Source of the DNA: Octopus vulgaris
Taxonomy: Eukaryota
DNA: 64,000 nucleotides
Assembly (NCBI GenBank): GCA_951406725.2
Contig: OX597816.1
Location: 152,520,001 to 152,584,000 of the forward strand
Reading direction: 5' to 3'
The notes beneath the pieces were generated by a model. That model saw only the letters and a program-made list of their open reading frames with translations. It made no database searches and was not told the origin of the DNA. Below, one piece after another: positions 1 through 13,100 of the stretch (position 1 is its first letter; each line of letters starts with the position of its first letter). The position numbers and the translations under genes were made by a program.

Positions 1-331
1 ACGTACACAAAAAATGTTTTCTACCCCTACGCCAACACACACGTATATAGAACAGTATACACACACACACGTCTCTAAGTAGATTTTTTCTCGCCCCTTA
101 TAAAACATCCAATATTCCTTAAATAGTCAGAACTTTATTCTCGGTCACAAAGAACATCTACGCCCCCTCACCCACATGATTGACCGATGCCTGACCCGTT
201 GAATTCTTCAGCCACCGGTTCTCAACATACACTGATAAACAGTTTCGCCATGGGCTCTTAGGAGCATAGTTCGATTTGTTTTTGCTCCGCCTCTGTTCTG
301 TTTTTGTTTTTCCAACGGATTTCCTATTTTC

Positions 332-411
332 TTCCTGAAGAGAAAGACACAATATGGTCCCATTATTCCATCGGATTTTGGTAATTTGTGCCTTTAGAAA
401 CACGTGTAGAA
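332..411 (+). ncRNA. Minimal type-I hammerhead ribozyme motif (canonical core) in a Penelope-type terminal repeat fragment
   Basis: ttc-CTGAAGA(335-341)-gaaagacacaa...ttgtgccttta-GAAAC(397-401)-ACGT-GTA-gaa. Stem I ttc/gaa, imperfect stem II, palindromic stem III. Followed by AATAAA and then (TA)n. Confidence 0.7.
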
Positions 412-915
412 TGAAATAAAACGATTTCTGTTCAATCTGCGTTCAGCTCCATTTCTTCAATTCACCAATAATATATATATATATATATATATATAAATGT
501 ATACACACACACACACACACACATACACACGCACACACACACATATATACATACATATATATATATTTGGTTGTGTGTAAGTATGTAAGTATATACATAC
601 TATTTTCCTCTCATTCTGGTCTAACGAACCTCTAAGTTTGTTTTCGTTCGGTTTCCTTGTATGTCTCCACTGTCATGTTTTCGTTCCCACCTCTGACCGT
701 CAAAAAATCCTAAATTCTATTTTAGAATTTATGGGAGCAACTGTCTTTGAAGACTCACATTGTCGCTGAATGCTCGAAATGAGGAGTAGATAGACAGCCA
801 ACAACTGACGAAGGATCCGTTCTTTGTCTTTACTTGTCCTATTATCCATTTTTTTCTCTCGTTGTTTTCGTATTTCATGTTATTTGCACCGTTGGTGATG
901 TCCTGTACCCATATA

Positions 916-974
<59 letters not shown>

Positions 975-1032
975 AAAAAATGAAGTTCGAAAATGCTGCT
1001 ATATTATACAATTTTTAATTTTTTTATATACA

Positions 1033-1074
1033 TTATAACATGTTTCAGTTCCTGAAATGAACCTTATCAAAAAA
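1033..1074 (-). ncRNA. Hammerhead ribozyme motif with U3-A8 variant core
   Basis: Minus strand reads tttt-TTGATAA-ggttc-atttcag-gaact-GAAAC-AT-GTT-ataa. Stem II ggttc/gaact, palindromic stem III ACATGT, weak stem I. Confidence 0.55.
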
Positions 1075-1414
1075 AGTTATATATAAAAAAAGACAGCTCA
1101 TGCCGTCAAACACAAGAAATTCATTTATAATACACAACGGAGTCAGACATCTTAGAGTTCATGTATAGTTGATATATAGTTTGAAGTAAGTTCATTCATG
1201 CTATATGTTCAAAGTGTTCGATGCAGTGGCCCACGGTGGCGATACGTATTCAATACAAAAAACAGATCAAAGTGGTGGAAAGCAGTCAATACAGAAGATT
1301 GATGTTTCCGAAAGAGCGAGGAATTCATTTTTACCTTAAGCAATTGTGATGACCCATGGTGGGTGTTCGCTGGGTGGTTCTAGTGAGTCTTGTGAATTGC
1401 TCGGTTTTATAATG

Positions 1415-1800
1415 CCTGTTAGGTGGTCAGTCCAGCGTAGCGTGACGTCATCAACGTTTTGACCAATCGTTTCGTTAGGTGGCTTTAGTCAAGCAGAACG
1501 GGACGTCATCATCATTTTGACCAATCGCTGTATTATAACTGCCTCTTGTCTGTTTCCTGTTTTGACCAGTCGCTTCGTTAGGTGGCTTAGTCAAGCAGAA
1601 CGGGACGTCATCCAGATTCTGCCCAATCACGACTTATAGCTACATTAGATCTGCCCCCTGTCTGTACTTGTTAGGTGACTAGTCAAGCAGAAAAGGACGT
1701 CATCAATATTCTGACTAATGACTGTCCCCTGTTTGTATCCTGTCCATTCTAGTAGAACTAGACGTCATCAACGTGTTGACCAATCAGAATCGGGTCTGAC
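1415..1800. repeat. Degenerate tandem repeats (~60-100 bp units) in the Penelope 3' region
   Basis: Recurring gttaggtggcttagtcaagcagaacgggacgtcatc...ttgaccaatc units, about 5 copies of the GACGTCATC...CCAAT part. Confidence 0.8.
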
Positions 1801-1954
1801 CCTTAGCTATATCGTATGTATCAGGGTCAGATTTGCACGAAAGAATTTTTTTCCCTTTTTTACTAAGGCATATTTCCGTCAGTGCGAGTGTCTGTTTAAG
1901 GTAGCGGCCGTGGTGGAATTTTGCTTCTCCTTTTCGGAGGACTTATCTTTTGTT

Positions 1955-2329
1955 TTAGTATTCCTGGCCCAGGGTGTTTAAACTTGGTCTAAATTTTTTT
2001 ATGAAATATAGTTCTTTATGTTGGCGTTGTGTGAAGGTTGCGTTGTCACTGAATTTATAGAGCGGGTTAGTTGTAAATTTCGGATTTACATTTCCAGCAC
2101 ATCTATCAATGTGTCCGCTGACCGGTATTTTGCGGTAATCAGGGTTTCTAATTTGTGATTTATGTACCGCCATCCTGTTACGTAAGCTATTTTTTGTATG
2201 GCCTATATACTGCCTATTGCAGCCTGCGCATGTTATGACGTAAATTAGGTTTTCTGATGCGCAGGTGAAGTTTGTTCTAATGGTGAACTGGTGGCCTTGT
2301 TCCAGTATAAATTCTGATCCTTCGTTCAA
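1955..2329 (-). pseudogene. Penelope GIY-YIG endonuclease C-terminal domain (5'-truncated)
   Basis: [25 protein letters not shown]...LRNRMAVH...[13 protein letters not shown] matches the PLE GIY-YIG pattern with CxxC insertion. No true start; runs into (TA)n. Confidence 0.9.
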
Positions 2330-2337
2330 GATGACAC

Positions 2338-2457
<120 letters not shown>

Positions 2458-2489
2458 TATATATATATAAGTCAGTTTCAAATTGAAGT

Positions 2490-2532
2490 CCACCTGAAGA
2501 TTGTCGATCAAGACAAGAAACAATTGTAGTGG
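2490..2532 (+). ncRNA. Minimal type-I hammerhead ribozyme (intact canonical core)
   Basis: ccac-CTGAAGA(2494-2500)-ttgtc-gatcaa-gacaa-GAAAC(2517-2521)-AATT-GTA-gtgg. Stem I 4 bp, stem II 5 bp, palindromic stem III, GUA cleavage triplet. Confidence 0.85.
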
Positions 2533-2714
2533 CGGTTTTTTTTTTACTTTTTATTAAAATTTTATGTATTGATTAAGTCTTTCCTTGTTTGTTTTGCAAA
2601 ATAGTGGTTTTGTCTCTAATAATATTATATAATATTTTACTATAAAATTGGATTTAATCCTAAATCTGATTTTTTCCCTGTAAATTTGGATTTATTCCCT
2701 AATATTTATTACTA

Positions 2715-2751
<37 letters not shown>

Positions 2752-2760
2752 GTATGTATG

Positions 2761-2817
<57 letters not shown>

Positions 2818-2834
2818 GTATGTATGTATGTATG

Positions 2835-2889
<55 letters not shown>

Positions 2890-2894
<5 letters not shown>

Positions 2895-4140
2895 GGAAAT
2901 TAAGAAAATACTGACAAAATAATTTAAGTAAGGGAGAGTGTATTTAATTAGGTGAAAGTTCTTTTTACCGGTTGCGCATTTGTTATGCTTATCAAAAGAT
3001 ATTTTTTAAAGAGAGATAGAGTTCCTTTCTGATAGATTTTTTTCTCTTATCTGACTTTATGTTGGGTTTGCTGTCTCTTATATGTGAAAAAAGAGGCTCC
3101 CGAGTTGTTTAAGATTTGCTTGGTTTCGCGCCTAAAATTTCTTGTGGACAATGGTCAATACAATTTTGATTGGTCATTATAAAGGGGTCACGTGAATGTT
3201 TGAATGGAAGTTGGTGTTGGGGTAAGAAAATAGGTTCCAGAGATGTTAAAATTTGGCTAGTGTCGCGCCTAAAATTTCTTATTGGTCATAATAAAGAGGT
3301 CACGTGGATGTGGTCATAATAGAGAGGTCACGTGAATGTTTAGAATGAATGCTGGTGTGGGTGGTGTATGGAGTTTTCGAAAATAGCGTTGTTGAAAATT
3401 CTTATTGTTCAGGCTGGTCAGTAGACGTCATGTGGATATTTTAAATAGCTTTTTAGCGCGTAGTTAAGGAGTGTATTTTCCGCTTGACTGAATTTGAGCT
3501 GGATAAGTAAATTCGTTTTGGGCAGGAAGAGCTATATGTTTGTATGTGTGCGCGTGTGTGTGTGTGTGTGTGTTTATATGTATGTTTGGGCGCGCGCGCG
3601 TGTATATATGTGTGCGTGTGTGGGTACAATTTTCAATATTTATAGTTCTGCTGGCCTTGTGCCTGTATCGGGAAGCAACGTGTTTGTGTGAAGTCAATAT
3701 TTACAGTCGTTTCCAAAAAATAGTGTTGGATGTTTTGCACCCGTATCAAATTATGTGTATGTGTGGAACCATATATTTGCGTGTGTCATGGTGTTAATAT
3801 CTGGGTAAAAGTGTGTGTAGGGTGTGTGCAGGTGTAAGTGTGTTTGTTGTGGGTTCGTGTTAGGGGGATGTGTTTAGAAGTGGTCTGTATTTATTAATAA
3901 GGTGGGATTCCATGGTTATTCGCTGGGTATGAGTGGCATTGTCTTTAAATTTGTAGAGGGGAAAGATTCTAAAATTGGGATGAAGTTGTGCGGCACAGGT
4001 ATCAATATGTGCACTAAGTGCTATTTTTCTGTATTGCTGTATTTTTATTTGGGATCTGTGGACCGTCATGCGTTGGCGGAGGCTATTTTTAGTTTGGCCT
4101 ATGTAGTGTTCATTACAGCCCGAGCAAGTTAAGACATATA
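2890..4140 (-). mobile_element. Inverted copy of the 3' end of the adjacent Penelope element (end of GIY-YIG + 3' region)
   Basis: 3842-4140 is the reverse complement of ~5260-5558, and ~2890-3265 of ~5558-5935. ORF 3860-4069(-) repeats MTVHRSQIKIQQYRK... and ends KYRPLLNTSP. Confidence 0.9.
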
Positions 4141-5540
4141 CCCTGCTAGTAACATTCGATGTAGTTAATCTTTACTCCAACATCCCCCACAACCTAGGAA
4201 TAGAAGCTATCCAATTCTGGCTGGATAATTACTCCAACGAACTCCACACCGCATCAAAAAGGAATTTATTTTAGAAGGACTCAAATTCATCTTAGAGAAT
4301 AATTTCTTCACCTTCAACAACAAATTCTACAGACAGAAATCAGGGACGGCAATGGGAACGAAAACAGCTCCCACTTACGCCAACCTAGTCATGGGATACC
4401 TGGAAATCACCCTCTATAATAACGTTCTTAACCAATTTGGCACCACTCTCCACACACACATAGAGAAGAACTGGAAGAGATATCTTGATGACTGCTTCAT
4501 CCTTTGGCCCGAAACCATCGAGAAGCTTAAAGAATTTCACACCCTTATAAATGGGCTCAACACAAACATTATTTTCACAATGGAATACAGCCCTCAACAA
4601 ATTCCCTTCCTCGACATCCTCATTAAAATTCACAACAAAAAAGTAGAAACAGACATATACTACAAGCCCACAGACTCCAAGCAATACCTCCCTTTCAATT
4701 CATGCCACCCTAGACACGTTAAAATTAACATTCCCTACAACTTAGCCAAGAGAATTTGCACTATAGTCTCCAATAAAAACACCCGTCTCTTACGTCTACA
4801 AGAACTTAAGGACACATTAACAAGCAGGGATTACCCCACGTCACTAATTGACAATGGGATCCAACGCGCCCTAAAACTCAGCACACAGGAACTTAGACGC
4901 CCTAAACCTGTTACATCGAAACCCCATACTCTACCATACATCTCTACACACAACCCCCTCAACAATGAAGCTTTTGACACCATCCTCCAGAACATTCCTG
5001 TATTAAAAAGGACCATAGAATGAACCAAATCCTCCTAACACACGAAATCATAAAGAGCAAAAGGCAACCCAAATCATTGAAAACAATCCTAACAAATGCC
5101 AAAGTACTGCCAACCACAACAACTAAACCCACAGTAAACAAATGCAATAGACCCAACTGTGGTATATGCATCAACCTAATAGAAGGTCCGGAATTCCTTT
5201 TTAAACAAGGACAACGTTTCACAGTAAAACACAACTTCACATGCGCATTAGAAAACCTAGTATATGTCTTAACTTGTTCGGGCTGTAATGAACACTACAT
5301 AGGCCAAACTAAAAATAGCCTCCGCCAACGCATGACTGTCCACAGATCCCAAATAAAAATACAGCAATACAGAAAAATAGCACTTAGTGCACATATTGAT
5401 ACCTGTGCCGCACAACTTCATCCCAATTTTAGAATCTTTCCCTCTACAAATTTAAAGACAATGCCACTCATACCCAGCGAATAACCATGGAATCCCACCT
5501 TATTAATAAATACAGACCACTTCTAAACACATCCCCCTAA
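4141..5540 (+). pseudogene. Penelope-like reverse transcriptase + GIY-YIG endonuclease, 5'-truncated, with single-base frameshifts
   Basis: LLVTFDVVNLYSNIPH, GTAMGTKTAPTYANLVM, WKRYLDDCF, PFLDILI, TDIYYKPTD..YL.FNSCHP, then CNRPNCGIC and VYVLTCSGCNEHYIGQT. Breaks near 4245, 5005 and 5440. Confidence 0.93.
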
Positions 5541-5822
5541 CACGAACCCACAACAAACGACACTAGCCAAATTTTAACATCTCTGGAACCTATTTTCTTA
5601 CCCCAACACCAACTTCCATTCAAACATTCACGTGACCCCTTTATAATGACCAATCAAAATTGTATTGACCATTGTCCACAAGAAATTTTAGGCGCGAAAC
5701 CAAGCAAATCTTAAACAACTCTGGAGCCTCTTTTTTCACATATAAGAGACAGCAAACCCAACATAAAGTCAGATAAGAGAAAAAATCTATCAGAAAGGAA
5801 CTCTATCTCTCTTAAAAAAATA

Positions 5823-5862
5823 TCTTTTGATAAGCATAACAAATGCGCAACCGGTAAAAAGA
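5823..5862 (+). ncRNA. Hammerhead-like motif with U3-A8 core and GCAA in place of GAAA (inverted twin at ~2960-3000)
   Basis: tctt-TTGATAA(5827-5833)-gcat-aacaa-atgc-GCAAC-CG-GTA-aaaaga. Palindromic stem III ACCGGT. Located at the 3' end of the PLE. Confidence 0.5.
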
Positions 5863-5970
5863 ACTTTCATCTAATTAAATACGCTCTCCCTTACTTAAAT
5901 TATTTTGTCAGCATTTTCTTCATTTCCTTTTTTCATATATCACAACTCGTGTTCCACATCTCCTTTTTTG

Positions 5971-6010
<40 letters not shown>

Positions 6011-6013
6011 GTA

Positions 6014-6044
<31 letters not shown>

Positions 6045-6048
6045 CTTT

Positions 6049-6230
6049 CTCTTTCTCTTTTACTTGTTTCAGTCATTTGACTGTGGCCATGCTGGAGCAC
6101 CCCGGGACTTATTCTCTGTAAGCCTAGTACTTATTCTATCGGTCTCTTTTGCCGAACCGCTAAGTGACGGGGACGTAAACACACCTGCATCGGTTGTCAA
6201 GCAATGCTAGGGGGACAAACACACACACAT

Positions 6231-6292
<62 letters not shown>

Positions 6293-6467
6293 TTATATAT
6301 ATACGACAGGCTTCTTTCAGTTTCTGTTTACCAAATCCACTCACAAGGCATTGGTCGGCCTGGAGCTATAGCAGAAGACACTTGCTCAAGATGCCACGCA
6401 GTGGGACTGAACCCAGAACCATGTGGTTGGTTAGCAAGCTACATACCACACAGCCACTCCTGCGCCT
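6049..6467 (-). mobile_element. tRNA-derived SINE, family 1, full length
   Basis: Minus-strand head AGGCGCAGGAGTGGCTGTGTGG...GGTTCAGTCCC (A/B-box-like), internal (TG)n, tail ...CAGTCAAATGACTGAAACAAGTAAAAGA. Many near-identical copies in the window. Confidence 0.9.
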
Positions 6468-6697
6468 ATATATATATATATATATACTACAAAATTAGAG
6501 AATGGAGAAACATACTTAAATCAATAAAACATCAACTATCCGATGATACTCAATCCATACTTTAATACACCATTACATAGGAGTAAAGGCAATATATAAA
6601 ATGAAATGAGATATACAGTAATAGTAAAAGTAAAAGTAAAAGTAAAAAGATAAAGAGATATAAGTAAAAAATTACAAATACAATATGCAAATAAATC

Positions 6698-6813
6698 AAA
6701 ACTGACAGCTGTTTCGGCAGTGAGGACAGTCATACCTCATTTAACCTATAAGCCATAAAGGCAGGTATAAATGAGGCATTAACAAAGATGCCCCACGGCC
6801 TCTTCAGAGAATT
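6698..6813 (-). ncRNA. Hammerhead ribozyme motif with long stem II (left arm copy)
   Basis: Reverse complement of 9121-9236. Confidence 0.7.
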
Positions 6814-7150
6814 AAATTAAATTTGTTATAATAGTGAAAAATATTATATAATCATATACATATAAATATAAAAATATAAAAAAGTAAAATATAAAAACTT
6901 ATACATCATAATGCTACACTTGTATAATATAATACATATTTGTACAAAAAGGAAGGTAACCAGAACAAAATAAAACAAAATATATAACAGTGTATATATA
7001 ATATTAATAAGTACCGATATCATACATATTTAGCTAATATTTTTTTTATAAAAAAAGGGGCTAACACATATGGAGATGAAAAATAATAATAATTAAATCC
7101 GTGGTACAGTTCATAAAATTCTAAAGCTATAAAAGTTAATAAAAATTACT

Positions 7151-7184
<34 letters not shown>

Positions 7185-8747
7185 GTAATAATAATAAAAA
7201 ATAATAAAAATAGATACAGTTAAGTTATCACCAAGTCCATCCTTCCAAGATCGAAATAACTATGAGTTAAGAAATGCTGACCACTAGGTAAAGAAAATTT
7301 AGATTAATTCGATTGGCTATTGGTTTGAAATTTAAATCACAAAAGAAAATTATACGGTTGGTTAGTCAGGGAACGCCAATATTCACACACGCATCTACAG
7401 ATCAATCGCACATACACACATAGTTATATGTATATACATACACTTGTACATATACATAATCATAAGCAACAACTAACACTTAGATAAACAAATAGGGAAG
7501 CAACCATGCTAACACTAAGTCCTTCAAAATTATAACTGAGCCTCAATAACAAAAAAAGAACCATCCATGCATTCTATAAAATATTTAATTAAGATATAAA
7601 TGTATTTTTAAATATCAGTATGTTACTAATTCAGATAATTATTTCATGGGTAACTTAAAATTTGTAACACCGGTTTGTTGCAGAGTAAACATACGGTTGT
7701 TAGGTTTATCGTAAGTTTGTTATGATTTAAAGTACGCTAAATTATAAAATATAAAATATAAAATATATTAATTTAGATATTATAAATAAGTCACTTATTA
7801 ACTTAATAAATATAGTGCCAAAATATACCAGTTTAGGCAATAAAAAATAGAGGGGGAAGTATTAATGTAAACGCTTATGAGAACATCACAGAAATTTTAA
7901 ATAAATTTTATATTATAAAGACTTAATATGAAAAGAGATAAAATAAATAAAAAGGAATAAATACGAAGGAATAAATACGGTTATACACATAATTATAAGT
8001 ACAAACTAGTATATATGTATTCATATATTATTAAAATAAATAAAAATAAATGATAGATATGTATGTATAAAACTACACCAGTATAAGTAAATAAGTAAAG
8101 AATAAATAGGTAACAAATTAAATGACTTGATATGTATGTAAACATCCACACTTAAATAGGCAAATAAATAAATAAATAGAAGACTAGATGCAAATATTGA
8201 TAATATTACAATAAAATGGGAAATAAATAAAAATAAATAAAGTGAATATATATATTTTATATTGTTGAAAGTAAATATGTATGGAAGGATAGTTTAAAGT
8301 ACAGATCCAGAGGACTATAGATATAAACTAAATATATGAGGCTGGTAACAATTATAAAGCAAAATGCATGTAAATGAGAAAATGAAAAAAATGAAAAAGG
8401 TTTATCAGTGAATAACATAAGATACAAATTAAGGTGAGTACAAAAAGACCAAATATATAATAAAAACCTTCCAAATCAGCACATACAAAAAACCCATAAT
8501 CTCAACCTAAACCCACCAAACTCACAAAAGGCTCTCATATATTACATATTATACAATATCATTACATTATCCAGAGCTAGGTATCTAAATTGTGATTTAA
8601 ATTTCAAACCAATAGCCAATCGAATTAATCTAAATTTTCTTTACCTAGTGGTCAGCATTTCTTAACTCATAGTTATTTCGATCTTGGAAGGATGGACTTG
8701 GTGATAACTTAACTGTATCTATTTTTATTATTTTTTATTATTATTAC

Positions 8748-8781
<34 letters not shown>

Positions 8782-9120
8782 AGTAATTTTTATTAACTTT
8801 TATAGCTTTAGAATTTTATGAACTGTACCACGGATTTAATTATTATTATTTTTCATCTCCATATGTGTTAGCCCCTTTTTTTTATAAAAAAAACTATTAG
8901 CTAAATATGTATGATATCGGTACTTATTAATATTATATATACACTGTTATATATTTTGTTTTATTTTGTTCTGGTTACCTTCCTTTTTGTACAAATATGT
9001 ATTATATTATACAAGTGTAGCATTATGATGTATAAGTTTTTATATTTTACTTTTTTATATTTTTATATTTATATGTATATGATTATATAATATTTTTCAC
9101 TATTATAACAAATTTAATTT

Positions 9121-9236
9121 AATTCTCTGAAGAGGCCGTGGGGCATCTTTGTTAATGCCTCATTTATACCTGCCTTTATGGCTTATAGGTTAAATGAGGT
9201 ATGACTGTCCTCACTGCCGAAACAGCTGTCAGTTTT
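9121..9236 (+). ncRNA. Hammerhead ribozyme motif with 85-nt stem II region
   Basis: ct-CTGAAGA(9127-9133)-GGCcGTGGGGca...gcctcattta...taaatgaggt...tgTCCTCACtGCC-GAAAC(9219-9223)-AGCT-GTC-ag. Stem I is short. Confidence 0.72.
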
Positions 9237-9621
9237 GATTTATTTGCATATTGTATTTGTAATTTTTTACTTATATCTCTTTATCTTTTTACTTTTACTT
9301 TTACTTTTACTATTACTGTATATCTCATTTCATTTTATATATTGCCTTTACTCCTATGTAATGGTGTATTAAAGTATGGATTGAGTATCATCGGATAGTT
9401 GATGTTTTATTGATTTAAGTATGTTTCTCCATTCTCTAATTTTGTAGTATTAATTTACGGTAATATTATTACCCTTACCCATTTAATACAATAGATGAAC
9501 TGATTGCTTGACAATTTCTAACATCTATGTATTAATTTTTGTTGGGTACCTATCTAGCAGTATATTGGATATATATTATCCCATGGTGGGTTGAATTTTC
9601 AACCCCTATCTCATTTTATAA

Positions 9622-9753
<132 letters not shown>

Positions 9754-9788
9754 GTATATATATATATATATATATATGTATTTATTAT

Positions 9789-10430
9789 TCTTTTACTTGT
9801 TTCAGTTATTTGACTGCAACCGTGCTGGAGCACCACTCTCTTTATCTTTTTTTCCTTGTTTCAGTCATTTGACCGCGACCATGCTGGAGCACCGCCTTTA
9901 GTCGAGTAAATCGACCCCAGGACTTATTCTTTGTAAGCCTAGTAATTATTCTAACGGTCTCTTTTGCCGAACGGCTAAGCTACAGGGTCGTAAACACACC
10001 AGGATCGGTTGTCAAGCGATGGGGGGGGGGGAGACAAACACAGACACACACACACTACACACACATACACACACATACATATATATACGACGGGCTTCTT
10101 TCAGTTTCCGTCTACAAAATTCACTTACAAGGCTTTGGTCGACTGAGGCTATAGTAGAAGACACTTGCCCAAATTGCCACGCAGTGAGACTGAACCCGGA
10201 GTCGTGTGGTTGGTAAGCAAGCTACTTACCACACATCCACTCCTGCGCCTTGAAGGTTTTTTTTTTCAGTCGAGCAAATCAACCCTCAGGCTTATTTTTA
10301 AAGCCTAGTACTTATTCTATTGGACCGTTTTGCTGAACCGCCAAGTTACGGGGACGTAAATATACCAGCACCGGTGGTCAAGCAGTAGTGCGGGAGACAA
10401 ATATAGACACAATGACACATACACATGGCC
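9789..10430 (-). mobile_element. SINE family 1: full copy (9789-10250, duplicated tail) plus adjacent partial copy
   Basis: Same head, body and tail as 6049-6467. Confidence 0.88.
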
Positions 10431-11032
10431 ACACACACACAAACACACCTGCACACGCACATATACAGATACGCACAACACCCATATGCATGTTTTCCTC
10501 TACTCTTTATAAAAATGCTAACCGTGAAATATCCAGTTTACGTATGTGATATCGTGTTCTAACTTATTCTTATATATGCGAAACTCACTATATCGATGAT
10601 TCTCATAAATGTCACTCCTACATCATCATTTATTATTGGCTGGGCATAGAAACAGTTTGTTAACCGCTGGTAGGAGTTATGACAACAAGAATAGTTTTCG
10701 TTTCCTATGATATATGCTGTACGATAAACTGTTTTGATAAGCATCGAAAGAGAGTGGTATAAAACGAAATCGCAAAGAGTTACTTCCCTTAGACTAACAG
10801 ACTACAGTTCATGCCGGTAAAAATTTCTGTCCTCCACATTAGAAATAAGATAAGATATATAGAAACATGCGCGCGCGCACACACACAAACAGCAACACAC
10901 ACTATATTAACAAAGTGGTAAAAACAACAAACACATTCACACTTCTATACATAAATACACTTGCACAAACAAGCTAAAAACCTTATATTCATCAGATGTT
11001 CCATGCGTCTGTGAAATGCTTGTTCATAGGCA

Positions 11033-11065
<33 letters not shown>

Positions 11066-11309
11066 AAGAGAGAGATAGAGATAGAGAGAGATAGATAGAT
11101 AAAGAGAGATATAGATAGAGAGAGAGAGAGAAAGAAGGAGGGAGTGAGAGAGAGAGAGAGATTATGCTCCGCCTTAAGATTGTGTTCCTACCGAAGAAGC
11201 GTAACTCTCAACAGCTCAGTCCATATAGCTGTAAATAGGTACCACAGTGCATTTAATTTCTGTGGACAACACATCGTTGTAGTACATTGGATTGCATTTG
11301 CAATGTATA

Positions 11310-11382
<73 letters not shown>

Positions 11383-11819
11383 ACATTATACATACAAACA
11401 TACATACAAATACACACACGCATATGAATATATTTATATGTGTAATTATATATATATATAAATATACGTGTAACTATATATGTATACGCACACAAACACA
11501 CATATATACATGCATGCGTATATGTGAATATGTATGTATACGTACAAGCATTCGCTGACATTTATTTAAAATTTAAGAAACTGGATGTGATGTGTGTGTG
11601 TTTATATATGAACTTATGTCCGCTGTAGCTTCCGGTTCACCAATGTGACACCAAACCGTAAGTAGATCAATGAACCCACGTAATTTCCTATGGAGTTCAG
11701 TTCAGGGTAGACTGCATATCGAATCTGTCAAAAGGGCGGTGACTAGTGAATAGGCGACTTGCTGTGTAAACACCCACTTGAAGTACTGGTGTATTTTGTA
11801 CGTTTTCTTTTCATCTCTT

Positions 11820-12167
<348 letters not shown>

Positions 12168-12483
12168 GTTCTTTCTCTCTATTTATCTGTATTGAAAGAA
12201 ATGAAGTTAGAAATGTACTTGGAGTTTTTAAGAAGTTATATTTACATTAACTTAACTTGTTTCATAATTTCATTATTTTCAAAATTAGCGGGAGGTGAAA
12301 AGACTTGAGAAACTGGTACTATGTAACAGCTGCTTCACTTTTGAAAGGTGTTTAAAAATTCACTCCTTTTGGTGCAGAGATTATATCTCAAATTGCCCTC
12401 CTTTAAGACAAAAAAAAAAAAGAAAATAAAACAAACAAAATCTCACATGTTCCATACGTCAGTGAAATGCTTGTTCATTGGCA

Positions 12484-12540
<57 letters not shown>

Positions 12541-13100
12541 CAGGGAGAGAGATAGGGGATTGTGTTAAAAACAAAACATTAAGCTTGAAAAAAGTTGAGA
12601 AATTGTCAACGTATTCATAAACTCTGAAAGAATATTTAAAAAGATCATGTTTTAGATTCAGCCAACAGAATTCACGACATTTGGTGGTACAAACCGAATA
12701 AGAGAAATAAAAAATATTATCAATCTTTAAGACAGAACTCCATTCAGCCTTCTACGAATTCAAGTCCTCTCAAAAGCCTTAAAATCATCCACTCCAAGTT
12801 CATAATACTCTAATTTCAATGTAATATAGGACGATTCTTAAACGTCTGTTGAAAAATACGTTTATCAGAATTATTTGACAAAGAAAGCAATGATGGATCT
12901 GTTTTACGAAACAAAAGCAGTTACAACTCAAGAAAGGATAAAAACAAAGCATTTAAAGATTTTATGGTTTTATATCCACCTTCCTATGTCAAGAATTACC
13001 AGACTTCAAATCCAAATCGAAAGGAATTGGAAGTTTTCCACCAGCTAAAAAGCACAATAACATCGTAAATGTAAGATGAAATGTTTCGATCATTTCATAT

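Larger units (their letters stand above)
6484..9450. repeat. ~860-bp near-perfect inverted repeat (6484-7342 / 8590-9450) with 1.25-kb AT-rich spacer; non-coding hammerhead-bearing element
   Basis: The arms are reverse complements. The ORF track gives an identical 65-aa ORF at 6536-6733(-) and 9201-9398(+). The right arm continues to (TA)n at ~9625. Confidence 0.95.

Noticed and set aside
1415-1800. Repeat-spacer look suggestive of CRISPR
   Set aside because: Eukaryotic context, degenerate units without unique spacers, no cas genes. Part of a retroelement 3' region.
6536-9398. Identical 65-aa hydrophobic ORF on both strands
   Set aside because: A by-product of the inverted repeat and T-rich sequence. 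It overlaps the hammerhead motif and resembles no protein family I recognise.
11197-11265. Possible minus-strand exon KLNALWYLFTAIWTELLRVTLL with cag| and |gtagg
   Set aside because: Weak polypyrimidine tract, no recognisable homology, and no phase-compatible partner exon found.
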